A stretch of 64,000 nt of DNA, taken from NCBI GenBank assembly GCA_963677595.1, contig OY782041.1, forward strand, positions 4,224,001 to 4,288,000, in the 5' to 3' direction. The DNA is from Spirochaetia bacterium. GTDB taxonomy: Bacteria; Spirochaetota; Spirochaetia; CAKZLE01. The notes beneath the pieces are model-generated. The model was not told where the DNA came from. It was given only the letters and a program-made list of their open reading frames with translations, and made no database searches. Each line of letters opens with the position of its first letter. Position 1 is the first letter of the stretch. This document shows, one piece after another, positions 9,417 to 18,966 of this stretch. The translations under genes and the position numbers were made by a program.

Positions 9417-9500
9417 GCTGGGCCGGCCCGACCGTATACAAGTAAGAACTACCCGCAAGGGAGTTACATAAAATAAGCTTTCGAACAAAAGGAGAAAGAG

Positions 9501-10832
9501 ATGAGAATGAGAAGACTATGTGCAGTATTGCTGATCGTGCTGGTAGCGGCAACCGGGTTATGGGCCAAGGGCCAGAAAGAGGAATCTACAGGTCCCGTGA
9601 CGATATCATACATCCTCTGGGATGCGAACCAGCTCCCAGCGTATGAACAATGCGCCCAGGACTTCATGGCCGCAAACCCCGATATCATCGTCGAGATCAA
9701 CCAGCTCGGATGGGGTGACTACTGGACGGGACTGCAGACCGATATGGTTGCAGGGATCGCCCCGGATGTGTTCACCGACCATCTGGCCATGTACCCGGAC
9801 TTCGCATCCAAAGGCCAGCTCGTTGACCTGTCCGAGTACATCAAACGGGATAATGTCAACACCTCAGGGTACATGAACAACCTGGACGGACTCTGGGCAA
9901 CTCAGGATGGGAAACGATATGGACTCCCGAAGGACTGGGACACCATCGCGATCGTCTATAACCAGGACAAGATGGATGCAGCAGGGATCACGGTTGAAGA
10001 AGCGAACAGCCTCGACTGGAACCCGCAGGATGGGGGTTCGTTCGAGGACTTCATCGCAGCCCTCTCCGTTGATGCCAGCGGCCGCAATGGTCTTGACCCG
10101 GCTTTCGATCCAGAGAACGTAGCCTGTTATGGCATGGCCCTCAACCATTTTGACGACCGCGGTCAGGGACAGTTCAGCCCCTTTGCCGTGAGTACCGGAT
10201 GGATGTACACCGACGGTCTGTATGACAGCAACTACCACTTCGATGACCCGCGATTCGTGGATTCGATCCAGTGGATGGTGGATATGACCGAGAAGGGCTT
10301 CCTTGCTCCCTATGAGATCACTGGCAACGGGGCGAACTCACTCTTCACATCAGGCCAGGCTGCCACCCTCCTCGACGGATCTTGGATGATCAGTTATTAT
10401 ACTACCAGTTCCACCTTCCCGGTAGGGTTTGCCGCCCTTCCTGCAGGACCTGAAGGTCGGAAGAGTATGACCAATGGTCTGGCAGATTCTATCTGGATAG
10501 GGTCTGAACACAAAGATGAAGCATGGAGATGGGTGAAGTACCTGGCCTCAGAAGAGGCCCAGAAGACAGTCGGGACATTCGGCGTGGTATTCCCCGCATA
10601 TGAGTCAGGTGTCGCCAACGCACTGGAAGCCTACACATCAAGGGGTATAGACGTCTCAGCGTTCACTGATGTAGCGACCACACCGGGCGAGACATTCGTC
10701 TACCCGATCGTCGAGAACGGGGTCAAGATCAGCGAGATCATGACGCAGACATTCGACAGCATCTTCCTGGGTATCTCCGATGCGGATACTGCCCTCATGG
10801 ATGCGAACAAGAAGATCCTGAGCCTCTTCTAG
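9501..10832 (+). CDS. Sugar ABC transporter substrate-binding protein
   Basis: Signal peptide; APDVF, YGLPKD, AWRWVKYL SBP_bac_1 pattern. Confidence 0.92.
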   Translation: MRMRRLCAVLLIVLVAATGLWAKGQKEESTGPVTISYILWDANQLPAYEQCAQDFMAANPDIIVEINQLGWGDYWTGLQTDMVAGIAPDVFTDHLAMYPDFASKGQLVDLSEYIKRDNVNTSGYMNNLDGLWATQDGKRYGLPKDWDTIAIVYNQDKMDAAGITVEEANSLDWNPQDGGSFEDFIAALSVDASGRNGLDPAFDPENVACYGMALNHFDDRGQGQFSPFAVSTGWMYTDGLYDSNYHFDDPRFVDSIQWMVDMTEKGFLAPYEITGNGANSLFTSGQAATLLDGSWMISYYTTSSTFPVGFAALPAGPEGRKSMTNGLADSIWIGSEHKDEAWRWVKYLASEEAQKTVGTFGVVFPAYESGVANALEAYTSRGIDVSAFTDVATTPGETFVYPIVENGVKISEIMTQTFDSIFLGISDADTALMDANKKILSLF

Positions 10833-10905
10833 GGCAAGCACATACCAAGGACGGGCCGGTCATCGACCGGTCCGTACCACTTTACGATGATACGGGGGAT
10901 TCCTG

Positions 10906-13104
10906 ATGAGTATAGCGTATAATGAAAAAGAACGAGTATTCCAGCTCGATACCGCACATTCCAGCTACTTGATGCAGATCATGAGGGATCGGTACCTGGC
11001 ACACCTTGGATGGTTCGGGAGGATCAGGGAATGGGCCGGCAGGCGGGAGATACCGATCCATGACCGCTCCTTCTCCCCGAACCCGGATCCCCTTGACAGG
11101 TCATTCTCGCTGGACTCGATACCGCTCGAATACAGTGCATGGGGGCGGAGCGACCTCAGGCCGCCGGCGCTGCGCGCTCTCCAGCAGGACGGGAGTTCCT
11201 CTTTGGACCTGCTCTATCGCGAACACCGGATCATCAAGGGAAAACCCGCGTTGGAAGGCCTTCCTTCGGTATATACGGAAACCCCTGACGAGGCAGATAC
11301 CCTCGTGATCACTCTCGAGGATCCCCATACAAGCCTGTTGTGCGACCTCTCCTACACGGTCTTCAAGGACCGGGACGTGATCACACGTTCAACGAGGATC
11401 CGAAACCAAGGGGACCTGGCAGTCAGTCTCCATGAAGTCATGAGCATGTGCATAGATTTTGACTCCTCTGAGTATCGTATGCTCCAGCTCTCAGGGGCCC
11501 ACAACAGGGAGCGTCATATATATACTCGTGAACTCTACCCAGGGTCCCAGTCCATAGACAGCAGGCGCGGTGCCAGCAGCCATCAGCAGAACCCATTCCT
11601 TGCACTCCTCTCTCCCAATGCTGATGAGGATGCAGGAGTCGTCTATGGCTTTAACTTAGTCTATAGTGGTAATTTCATTGCAACAGTCCATGTCGACCAG
11701 TTCGATTCCTCACGAGTCCTGATGGGAATCAACCCCTTCGATTTCCAATGGGAACTCGAGGCAGGTGAGACATTCCAGACCCCGGAAGTTGTCATGGTTC
11801 GATCGACGGAAGGCCTTGGAGGGATGTCACGTACCTACCATGATCTCTATCGGGAAAGACTCGTACGGGGACCGTTCCGGGGCAAAGAACGGCCGGTCCT
11901 CATAAACAATTGGGAAGCGACCTATTTCGATTTTGACTCAGATACGATCCTGAAACTCGCTGATGAGGCAGCATCACTCGGGATGGAACTCTTCGTCCTT
12001 GATGACGGCTGGTTCGGCAGCAGGGATGATGACCTCACCTCCCTCGGGGACTGGTTCCCCCATACGAGGAAGCTGCCGTACGGCATCAAGGCCCTTGCTG
12101 ACAAGATCATCGAGAAAGGGCTGCAGTTCGGGATCTGGTTCGAGCCTGAGATGATCAGCGAGAAGAGCCTGCTCTTCGCTGAGCATCCTGACTGGTGCCT
12201 GCAGGTTCCAGGTCGCAAGCTCTCAGCAGGGAGGTCCCAACTGATCCTCGATTACAGCAGGGAAGATGTGCGGGAGTACATCATACAGACGATTTCCGTG
12301 ATTCTCGATGAGAACCCCATCTCCTATGTGAAGTGGGACATGAACCGACATATGACGGAAGTCGGGTCGCTGCAGCTCGCCCCGGGGAAGCAGCGTGAGA
12401 CCGCCCACCGGTATATGCTCGGCCTCTATGAGGTCCTCGAACGCGTCACCTCAGCGTTCCCTGCAGTCCTGTTCGAGAGCTGCTCGGGAGGCGGAGGCCG
12501 GTTCGACCCCGGCATGCTCCACTACATGCCCCAGACCTGGACGAGCGACAATACCGACCCGATATCGCGGTTGGCCATCCAGGAAGGTACGGCCATGGTC
12601 TATCCACCGCTGGCCATGGGTGCCCATGTATCAGCATCACCAAACCACCAGACAGGGAGAGAAACCTCCCTCAAATTGCGTGGTGCAGTCGCAATGGGCG
12701 GCAATTTCGGATATGAACTGAACCTGCTCGAACTCTCCGACCAGGAGAAGGAAGAGATCAGGGAGCAGGTCAGCACCTACAAGAGGAGGCGTCACCTGAT
12801 CACCGATGGTGACCGTTATCGACTCACCTCACCGCTTGATAGGAAAGACTGCGCCTCCTGGATGACCGTATCCCCAAACAGGGACGAAGCCTGGGCAGTG
12901 TATGTATCAACCCGGGTCGAGGCAAATCATCCGTACCGTTCCCTCAGGTTGAAGGGGCTCGATCCTCAAAAGCGATACTGTATTAATGGCGGACCATCCT
13001 ATGGAGGTGACGAACTCATGGAGGCAGGGATCAACCTGCCCTACCAGCTCGGAGAGAATGAAGCCTATGAATATTATCTGGAAGCAGTGACTACCAGGTT
13101 ATAA
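10906..13104 (+). CDS. Alpha-galactosidase, GH36
   Basis: NNWEATYFDF, LFVLDDGWFG, FGIWFEPEM, YVKWDMNR, ESCSGGGGRFD, WTSDNTD. Confidence 0.96.
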   Translation: MSIAYNEKERVFQLDTAHSSYLMQIMRDRYLAHLGWFGRIREWAGRREIPIHDRSFSPNPDPLDRSFSLDSIPLEYSAWGRSDLRPPALRALQQDGSSSLDLLYREHRIIKGKPALEGLPSVYTETPDEADTLVITLEDPHTSLLCDLSYTVFKDRDVITRSTRIRNQGDLAVSLHEVMSMCIDFDSSEYRMLQLSGAHNRERHIYTRELYPGSQSIDSRRGASSHQQNPFLALLSPNADEDAGVVYGFNLVYSGNFIATVHVDQFDSSRVLMGINPFDFQWELEAGETFQTPEVVMVRSTEGLGGMSRTYHDLYRERLVRGPFRGKERPVLINNWEATYFDFDSDTILKLADEAASLGMELFVLDDGWFGSRDDDLTSLGDWFPHTRKLPYGIKALADKIIEKGLQFGIWFEPEMISEKSLLFAEHPDWCLQVPGRKLSAGRSQLILDYSREDVREYIIQTISVILDENPISYVKWDMNRHMTEVGSLQLAPGKQRETAHRYMLGLYEVLERVTSAFPAVLFESCSGGGGRFDPGMLHYMPQTWTSDNTDPISRLAIQEGTAMVYPPLAMGAHVSASPNHQTGRETSLKLRGAVAMGGNFGYELNLLELSDQEKEEIREQVSTYKRRRHLITDGDRYRLTSPLDRKDCASWMTVSPNRDEAWAVYVSTRVEANHPYRSLRLKGLDPQKRYCINGGPSYGGDELMEAGINLPYQLGENEAYEYYLEAVTTRL

Positions 13105-13112
13105 GATATTTT

Positions 13113-13147
13113 ACTCCCCCGGCTGCACCTCCTCGCAGCGGGGGAGT
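13113..13147. terminator. Hairpin between convergent GH36 and GH78 genes
   Basis: ACTCCCCC-G-GCTGC...GCAGC-GGGGGAGT inverted repeat. Confidence 0.65.
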
Positions 13148-13176
13148 CTCTTTCCTGATGGGATAAGATCGCTGCG

Positions 13177-15477
13177 TCAAGACCTGACAGGCTTCCTGAT
13201 CTTGATCCCTTCCGGGATATCAGCCTTCACCTTCAGTCCCGCTTCGTCTTTCATCCATGAGATCTTCACCAGGCCTCGTGGCGTGATCACCTCCCCAGCC
13301 GCTTGGGAAAGATGCCCAGCCTTGGGGTTGATCTCCATCTCAGAGAAACCCGGGGCAGTCGGACGCACCCCGAGGATCACGGAAGGGAGTTCATACAGGG
13401 CCAGGGCACCCCAGGCATGGCAGTCACTCCTGCTCAGGACTGAGTCCTCCTCACAGGTCGTGAGGTTCTTGGCGACCATCTCCCTCCATATATCCCACAA
13501 GCCTGCGGTCCTCTCGTAGAGTTCGCAGGCTTCCAGAGCCCTGAAGAGATAGAACATCATGGCAACCGAGCACTGGGCATAATCATCCTGATGATCAAGC
13601 GTCTCCAACAGGTACCTTCTCCCTGTATCTGCATCCACTGTTTTGGTAAGAATCGCGAATACCTGTGTATGCTGGCTGTACTGATGGACACCGGGACCAT
13701 CAGTATACATTCCGTCCTTCCCCCGGCATAACCGGTTGACTGCAGCCTGGATGGCTGCTGCCTCATCGCTCATCCGGCATGCCATCTCCCCAAAGCCCAA
13801 GAAATCTGCCAGTCCTGCAGCCTGCTGCAGCGCCATGATGAAATAGAGGCTTTCCATGGTGATCGGTCCCGTTTCGGTCGCTGGGGGCACCCCGAAGGAG
13901 TCCCTCCACTGGGAAGTCCAATCGATGAACGACCAGAACCGGGAAGAGAAGAGCGGTCCCCCGACCTTACCGACCAGCCCGGTGCCATCCAGGTTGTTCC
14001 TGAAGAAGTTCAGGACCCCGAGGATCGCCGGCAGATGGTCCCTGACCAGTCCCTCATCCCCGAAATACATCATATGGTCATGGACCATGGCGATATAGAA
14101 GATCCCGAACCCCGGGATGACATGGTTCTCGTAATTGGGATACGAGCAGTTGATCATGCCGTCATACCGCTGTGACCTCCTGAAGTCATCCATGGCCTGC
14201 CTGGCCAGCCGGTCATCGGCAGAGACTGCATAGGTATAGAGGATCTGGCTCCTCGTGTCCATGGCATACTGGAGCTGCTCGTAGAACGGGCAGTCTTCAT
14301 AGGTCTCATGCATACACAGACGCAGGGTCCTCTCGCTGATATCCCAGACTTTCTCCAATGAGGGGTCAGAAGTATGCACCGTCGTACGTACATCCAAGGG
14401 ATAGGTGTTCTTCGTATAAGAAACATCCCGCAGCTGAAGCGGGCTGTTCCCGGTCTCGATGGTCAGCTTGACATACCGGAAGGTCCTGAACCAGAAGGGC
14501 TCATAGGCTTCGGGGGAAGCTGAAGTGCCGGCCCCTTCTACCTGGTAGGTATCGGTATGGCCGTAGAGCTTCCCATGGGTGGAATCGGTCCGATCCCCTT
14601 TGCGTGGGATGATCGGCCCGCCAAGCCCTTCGATCGGCTCATAGGCATAACACTCAGAAGTCAGGATGGTTATCTTCGCAGCTGCGCCGCCTGCCATCAG
14701 GAGTCTCAGGTACCCCGTCGTCTCCTCCCCAGCTGAGATCTCAACGACCTCACGTCTGTGTGCCGGTATCTCAAGGGAAGTCCCTTCCTGGAAAAGTTGA
14801 TCCCACCTATCTGGCATGATAGCCGACTGTCGGATGCACTGCAGCCCGGTGAACCGTCTCGACTCGAGACGCATGAGGGGGATGGTCCTTGCCTGCAGGT
14901 TCTCAGGCCGAAGCCGGTCCGTGAGGGAGAAGGGATCATAGACGATCGCTTCTTCCCAGTGACTGTCATCATAGCCCTCTTCATAGATCCCATGGTTGAG
15001 GCCGCTCCCAGCGGCCTGCTCGAAGATATACAAGGGGGAGAAATGCATATCCTCTGCGATGATCCGCACCGGGGCCCTCTTCCATCTCCAGCTTGCATCA
15101 GCGATGAGAGAGCTTCCCTTGAGGTATAATCCCGGGGTCCTCGTCCTGGCGAACGAGTAGTTGCCCCCGTTCTGCCTGTCGGGGATCGTCAGGACGATGG
15201 CCACGATGATATTGTCCCCTGGTTTCAGGTACTCCCCCAGGTCCAGTGTATCCTTGTACCAGATCTGCGTATCGCCTTTCTGGGGACCGGCATTGACGAG
15301 CTTCCCGTTGATGAGGAGTTTGTACCTGGCATCTGCGGTGATCTCGATCAGAAACGTTTCTGGGATCTCTGGTATGTGGAACTTCTTTCTAAAGTATACC
15401 ACCTCAGGGGAGTCACTGCACCTCGGGGAACTCCCGGAGGTTCCGATCCAACCGATGCTCTGCGTCTGTTCCGCCAT
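13177..15477 (-). CDS. Alpha-L-rhamnosidase-like glycosidase, GH78
   Basis: ITADARYKLLING, YEDCPFYEQLQY.MD, FIDW, RSDCHAWGA motifs. Confidence 0.88.
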   Translation of the reverse strand: MAEQTQSIGWIGTSGSSPRCSDSPEVVYFRKKFHIPEIPETFLIEITADARYKLLINGKLVNAGPQKGDTQIWYKDTLDLGEYLKPGDNIIVAIVLTIPDRQNGGNYSFARTRTPGLYLKGSSLIADASWRWKRAPVRIIAEDMHFSPLYIFEQAAGSGLNHGIYEEGYDDSHWEEAIVYDPFSLTDRLRPENLQARTIPLMRLESRRFTGLQCIRQSAIMPDRWDQLFQEGTSLEIPAHRREVVEISAGEETTGYLRLLMAGGAAAKITILTSECYAYEPIEGLGGPIIPRKGDRTDSTHGKLYGHTDTYQVEGAGTSASPEAYEPFWFRTFRYVKLTIETGNSPLQLRDVSYTKNTYPLDVRTTVHTSDPSLEKVWDISERTLRLCMHETYEDCPFYEQLQYAMDTRSQILYTYAVSADDRLARQAMDDFRRSQRYDGMINCSYPNYENHVIPGFGIFYIAMVHDHMMYFGDEGLVRDHLPAILGVLNFFRNNLDGTGLVGKVGGPLFSSRFWSFIDWTSQWRDSFGVPPATETGPITMESLYFIMALQQAAGLADFLGFGEMACRMSDEAAAIQAAVNRLCRGKDGMYTDGPGVHQYSQHTQVFAILTKTVDADTGRRYLLETLDHQDDYAQCSVAMMFYLFRALEACELYERTAGLWDIWREMVAKNLTTCEEDSVLSRSDCHAWGALALYELPSVILGVRPTAPGFSEMEINPKAGHLSQAAGEVITPRGLVKISWMKDEAGLKVKADIPEGIKIRKPVRS

Positions 15478-15483
15478 ATGCCG

Positions 15484-17097
15484 CTACCTGCTCTCCATCT
15501 GGTCCCGATATACCTGGGGACTCAAACCGGTCTTGCTCTTGAAGAACCTGCCGAAGTACCCCGAGCTGGAGAATCCCAGCTCAAAGGCGATCTCCTTGAC
15601 CTGCTTCTCCCGATCGGTAATGAGCCGTTTTGCCTTGATGATCTTCAAGTCGTTGATATACTGGAGGATCGTGACACCTTCACTCTTCTTGAACAGCCTT
15701 AGGAGGTACTCGGGACTGAGCTCCACCAGGTCAGAGAGGGCATCAAGCGATGTGTCACCGCTCAAGTTCTCATGGATATAGGCTTTCACCCGATCGATCA
15801 CATCATCATTGCTCCTCACCTGACCGGCCTGCTTCATCTCGAAGACCAGCTCGCTCACGTCTATCAGGTACCTGAAAGCCTCAGGCCAGCTTCCATGCAT
15901 GCCAACGCGGTACAGCTTCCGGGCCTCGATCCGCTTGAACACCTCTTCAGATAACTGGAACTGGTTCATGAACCGGACCAGGCGAAGTGAGACATCACTG
16001 TAGATCTCCACGGCGAAGAGGTCATCCATGGAAGCTGTCCCGTCAAACAGGTCTATCGCCTCATTCAGGAGTGCGGCGACATGTTCCCGGTTAGAATTCT
16101 CAAAATAGTAGTCAAGCAGCTCCAGACGGGAGCTGATGATATTCCGCTGCTGGCTGTCAGTCTGTTCGTTCCTATTCTCCTGCTCTTCGGGATCAAGCCT
16201 GACCAGCAGCGCCTCATCCCCAGCCAGCAGCAGCCTGGCCTTCACGCTGGGAAAATCTTCAAGGATCTCCCCCACTGGCAGCGGTCTGCTCCCGATGAGT
16301 ACCGATACGGCCATCCCGAAGTTCTTGAAGCAGGCTCGCTGGAAGAGTTCACTCTTCCCTTTCATCGTCAGGATGTTCTTCTCCACGGATTCCCATTTCT
16401 TCGGCTGCAGGAGCAGGACGATATAGTTCCTCGTATAGTGGAATGCCGCCCCGTCCATGAAATCGAAGAAGTACTTATCAAGGAGGAGCTGCATATCGCC
16501 GAGGATCCGGATCTGCTCATCGTATGACTCACTGACGATGGTCTCATGCCGCATGACAGCATAATACATCTCCCTGGAGATCTCGAGATCTATCCCCAGG
16601 CTGGAGATGAGCGTCCCTGTGATCGTCGAAATATCGATGAAGCCGCTGAACAGGTCGTAGAGGAACCGGTTCCGCTCGAGCTCCTGCCGCTGCACCAGGA
16701 GCGTGGTGCCCTCCTGGACGAGGAGATCGTTCTCGATCTCCTCGATCGCCTCGGCAACCGCAGTGATGATCTTCTCGTCCTCCTCGGCTTTCAGGATATA
16801 CCGGGCATGCTTCTGGACCTTGTAGACATAGTCGAACTCGGAGTACCCGGTGAGGAAGATCACCCTGCAGTGGGGCCATCGTTCCTGGATGACATCGAAC
16901 AGTTCGATACCCGACATCCTGGGCATCCTGATGTCTGTCAGCACGATATCGATCTTACGCTCCTCGAGGACCTGTTCCGCCTCTATGGCGGAAGACGCTG
17001 AGAAGAGGTTGAGTTCCAGCGAATCCTCCATGGAGAGCAGTTCATAGATCCCATCGCGGATGATCTTCTCATCGTCGACAATCAGGAGATTATACAT
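15484..17097 (-). CDS. Response regulator with AraC HTH (YesN-like)
   Basis: LIVDDE, TDIRMP receiver; C-terminal YLLRLFKK and GF....YFGRFFK..G.SP..YR. Confidence 0.93.
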   Translation of the reverse strand: MYNLLIVDDEKIIRDGIYELLSMEDSLELNLFSASSAIEAEQVLEERKIDIVLTDIRMPRMSGIELFDVIQERWPHCRVIFLTGYSEFDYVYKVQKHARYILKAEEDEKIITAVAEAIEEIENDLLVQEGTTLLVQRQELERNRFLYDLFSGFIDISTITGTLISSLGIDLEISREMYYAVMRHETIVSESYDEQIRILGDMQLLLDKYFFDFMDGAAFHYTRNYIVLLLQPKKWESVEKNILTMKGKSELFQRACFKNFGMAVSVLIGSRPLPVGEILEDFPSVKARLLLAGDEALLVRLDPEEQENRNEQTDSQQRNIISSRLELLDYYFENSNREHVAALLNEAIDLFDGTASMDDLFAVEIYSDVSLRLVRFMNQFQLSEEVFKRIEARKLYRVGMHGSWPEAFRYLIDVSELVFEMKQAGQVRSNDDVIDRVKAYIHENLSGDTSLDALSDLVELSPEYLLRLFKKSEGVTILQYINDLKIIKAKRLITDREKQVKEIAFELGFSSSGYFGRFFKSKTGLSPQVYRDQMESR

Positions 17098-17100
17098 AGG

Positions 17101-17985
17101 CTATTCTTTGACACTCCCTAAGGTCATACCTGATACGAAGTACTTCTGCAGCAGTGGATAGACGACCAGGATCGGGATGATGGCTATGAATATCTGGGCT
17201 GCAGTCAGGGTCTTCTGCGAGATCTGCTTCATGATCTCCGCACTGGTCAAGTCCAGGCTGGTAGCAGACGCTGCCTGGATCACGTTCCGCAGGTATGTCT
17301 GGAGCGGGTACTTTCCCGGGTCGCTCAGGAAGACCAGGCCGTCAAACCAGGAGTTCCAGTGGAATACCATAGTGAACAGGCCGACTGTCGCGAGCGATGG
17401 CTTCGCCAGCGGCAGGTAGATCCTGCCCAGGATCTGGAAATGGTTCGCCCCATCCATGAACGCTGACTCGGCAAGGGCATAGGGAATACCCCTGAAGAAA
17501 TTCAGCATGAGGATGACATTGAAGACCTGCACCGACATCGGCAGGACGAGAGCCCAGATGGAATTATAGATCCCCACAGCCCTGATGACGATGAACAGCG
17601 GGATCAGCCCGCCGTTGAAGACCATGGTGAAGATGAAGATCCAGGAGTAGAACTTCCTTGCACGGAAGTTCCTGTCTTCCTGAGATAATGCATAAGAACT
17701 CGTTATGGTTAGAAACATACTGATAACCGTCCCCAATACCACCCTGATCACCGAAACGTTGAACGCCTTGAAGAACTCCTCTTTTCCCAATATATACGTA
17801 TATGAGCTCAATGTAAAATCGACAGGCAAAATGGTGACCCAGCCGGCCTGAGCTGCCGAGTTGGAACTGAAGGAGAGCGCCAGGATATGGAGCAGCGGGA
17901 ACAGCGAGAGGAATGTCACGATAGACAGGACCACGTAGTTGGCGGTGGTGAACACCTTTCTTGATAACGATGGATTCTCGATCAT
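17101..17985 (-). CDS. Oligosaccharide ABC permease (LplC/YtcP-like)
   Basis: FNGGLIP, ESAFMDGA, HWNSWFDG, YPLLQKYFVSGMTLGSVKE. Confidence 0.93.
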   Translation of the reverse strand: MIENPSLSRKVFTTANYVVLSIVTFLSLFPLLHILALSFSSNSAAQAGWVTILPVDFTLSSYTYILGKEEFFKAFNVSVIRVVLGTVISMFLTITSSYALSQEDRNFRARKFYSWIFIFTMVFNGGLIPLFIVIRAVGIYNSIWALVLPMSVQVFNVILMLNFFRGIPYALAESAFMDGANHFQILGRIYLPLAKPSLATVGLFTMVFHWNSWFDGLVFLSDPGKYPLQTYLRNVIQAASATSLDLTSAEIMKQISQKTLTAAQIFIAIIPILVVYPLLQKYFVSGMTLGSVKE

Positions 17986-17994
17986 GACAGACTC

Positions 17995-18900
17995 CTAGAA
18001 CAGACGGTAGTTGGCGAATCTCTTCGCCAGGTAGAACGATGTCGATATGAATATCAGCGACACGACTGACTTCAACAACCCTACGGCTGTAGCCACGCTG
18101 TACTGCAGCTGCAGCATTCCGATCCGATACACGAAGGTATCGATGATATCGGCCTTCTCATAGACGATGGGACTGTAGAGGTTGAAGATCTGGTCGAACC
18201 CGGCATTGAGTACATTCCCAAGACTGAGTACCGTGACCAGGATGATGATCGGCTTCATGCTCGGCAGTGTGATGTAGGTCAGCTGCTTCCACTTCCCTGC
18301 ACCATCGACCCGTGCAGCCTCGTACGGAGTGGGGTCGATACTCGTCAGGGCCGCGAGGAAGATGACCATGTTGTATCCCATCTCCTTCCAGATGTTCGAC
18401 ACGACGAGGACGCCCCTGATCCTGTCAGGGTCTCCCAGGAAGTAGATGGGGTCATGTCCGAGGGCTGTGATCATCCTGTTCACGATGCCGTCTGACGGGG
18501 AGAGGATATCGATCAGGATACCGCTCAAGATGACCCATGAGAGGAAGAATGGAATATAGACGATCGTCTGGGTGATCTTCTTGAAGATCTTGCTCTTGAG
18601 CTCATTGAGCATCAGCGCCAGCACCAGCGGGACCGTGATCCCGGCCACGATCTTATAGATCGCTATCACGATCGTGTTGATGAGGATTCGTTTCGTGTCT
18701 GACATGCTCAGGATGTACCTGAAGTTCTCCAGGCCGACCCAGTCAGACTTGAAGAACAGCCCAAGCCCGGTAGAGGGGATGAAATCCTGGAAGGCTATCA
18801 CGATACCGACCATGGGAAGATAATTGAATACGAGGAGAACAGCCAAGGCTGGGATCATCAGAATATGTAACGGCAGCTCCCTCTTTAAAGAACTCTGCAT
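17995..18900 (-). CDS. Oligosaccharide ABC permease (LplB/YteP-like)
   Basis: PFFLSWVI, YEAARVDGA, DIIDTFVYRIG, ATAVGLLKS. Confidence 0.93.
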   Translation of the reverse strand: MQSSLKRELPLHILMIPALAVLLVFNYLPMVGIVIAFQDFIPSTGLGLFFKSDWVGLENFRYILSMSDTKRILINTIVIAIYKIVAGITVPLVLALMLNELKSKIFKKITQTIVYIPFFLSWVILSGILIDILSPSDGIVNRMITALGHDPIYFLGDPDRIRGVLVVSNIWKEMGYNMVIFLAALTSIDPTPYEAARVDGAGKWKQLTYITLPSMKPIIILVTVLSLGNVLNAGFDQIFNLYSPIVYEKADIIDTFVYRIGMLQLQYSVATAVGLLKSVVSLIFISTSFYLAKRFANYRLF

Positions 18901-18920
18901 GTCAGGACCTCCTTTGAGAA

Positions 18921-18949
18921 GGAGTGAAGTGAATGATTCACTTCACTCC
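18921..18949. other. Perfect inverted repeat downstream of the SBP gene
   Basis: GGAGTGAAGTGAAT-G-ATTCACTTCACTCC. Confidence 0.7.
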
Positions 18950-18966
18950 CTGTGAATATGCGGTTC

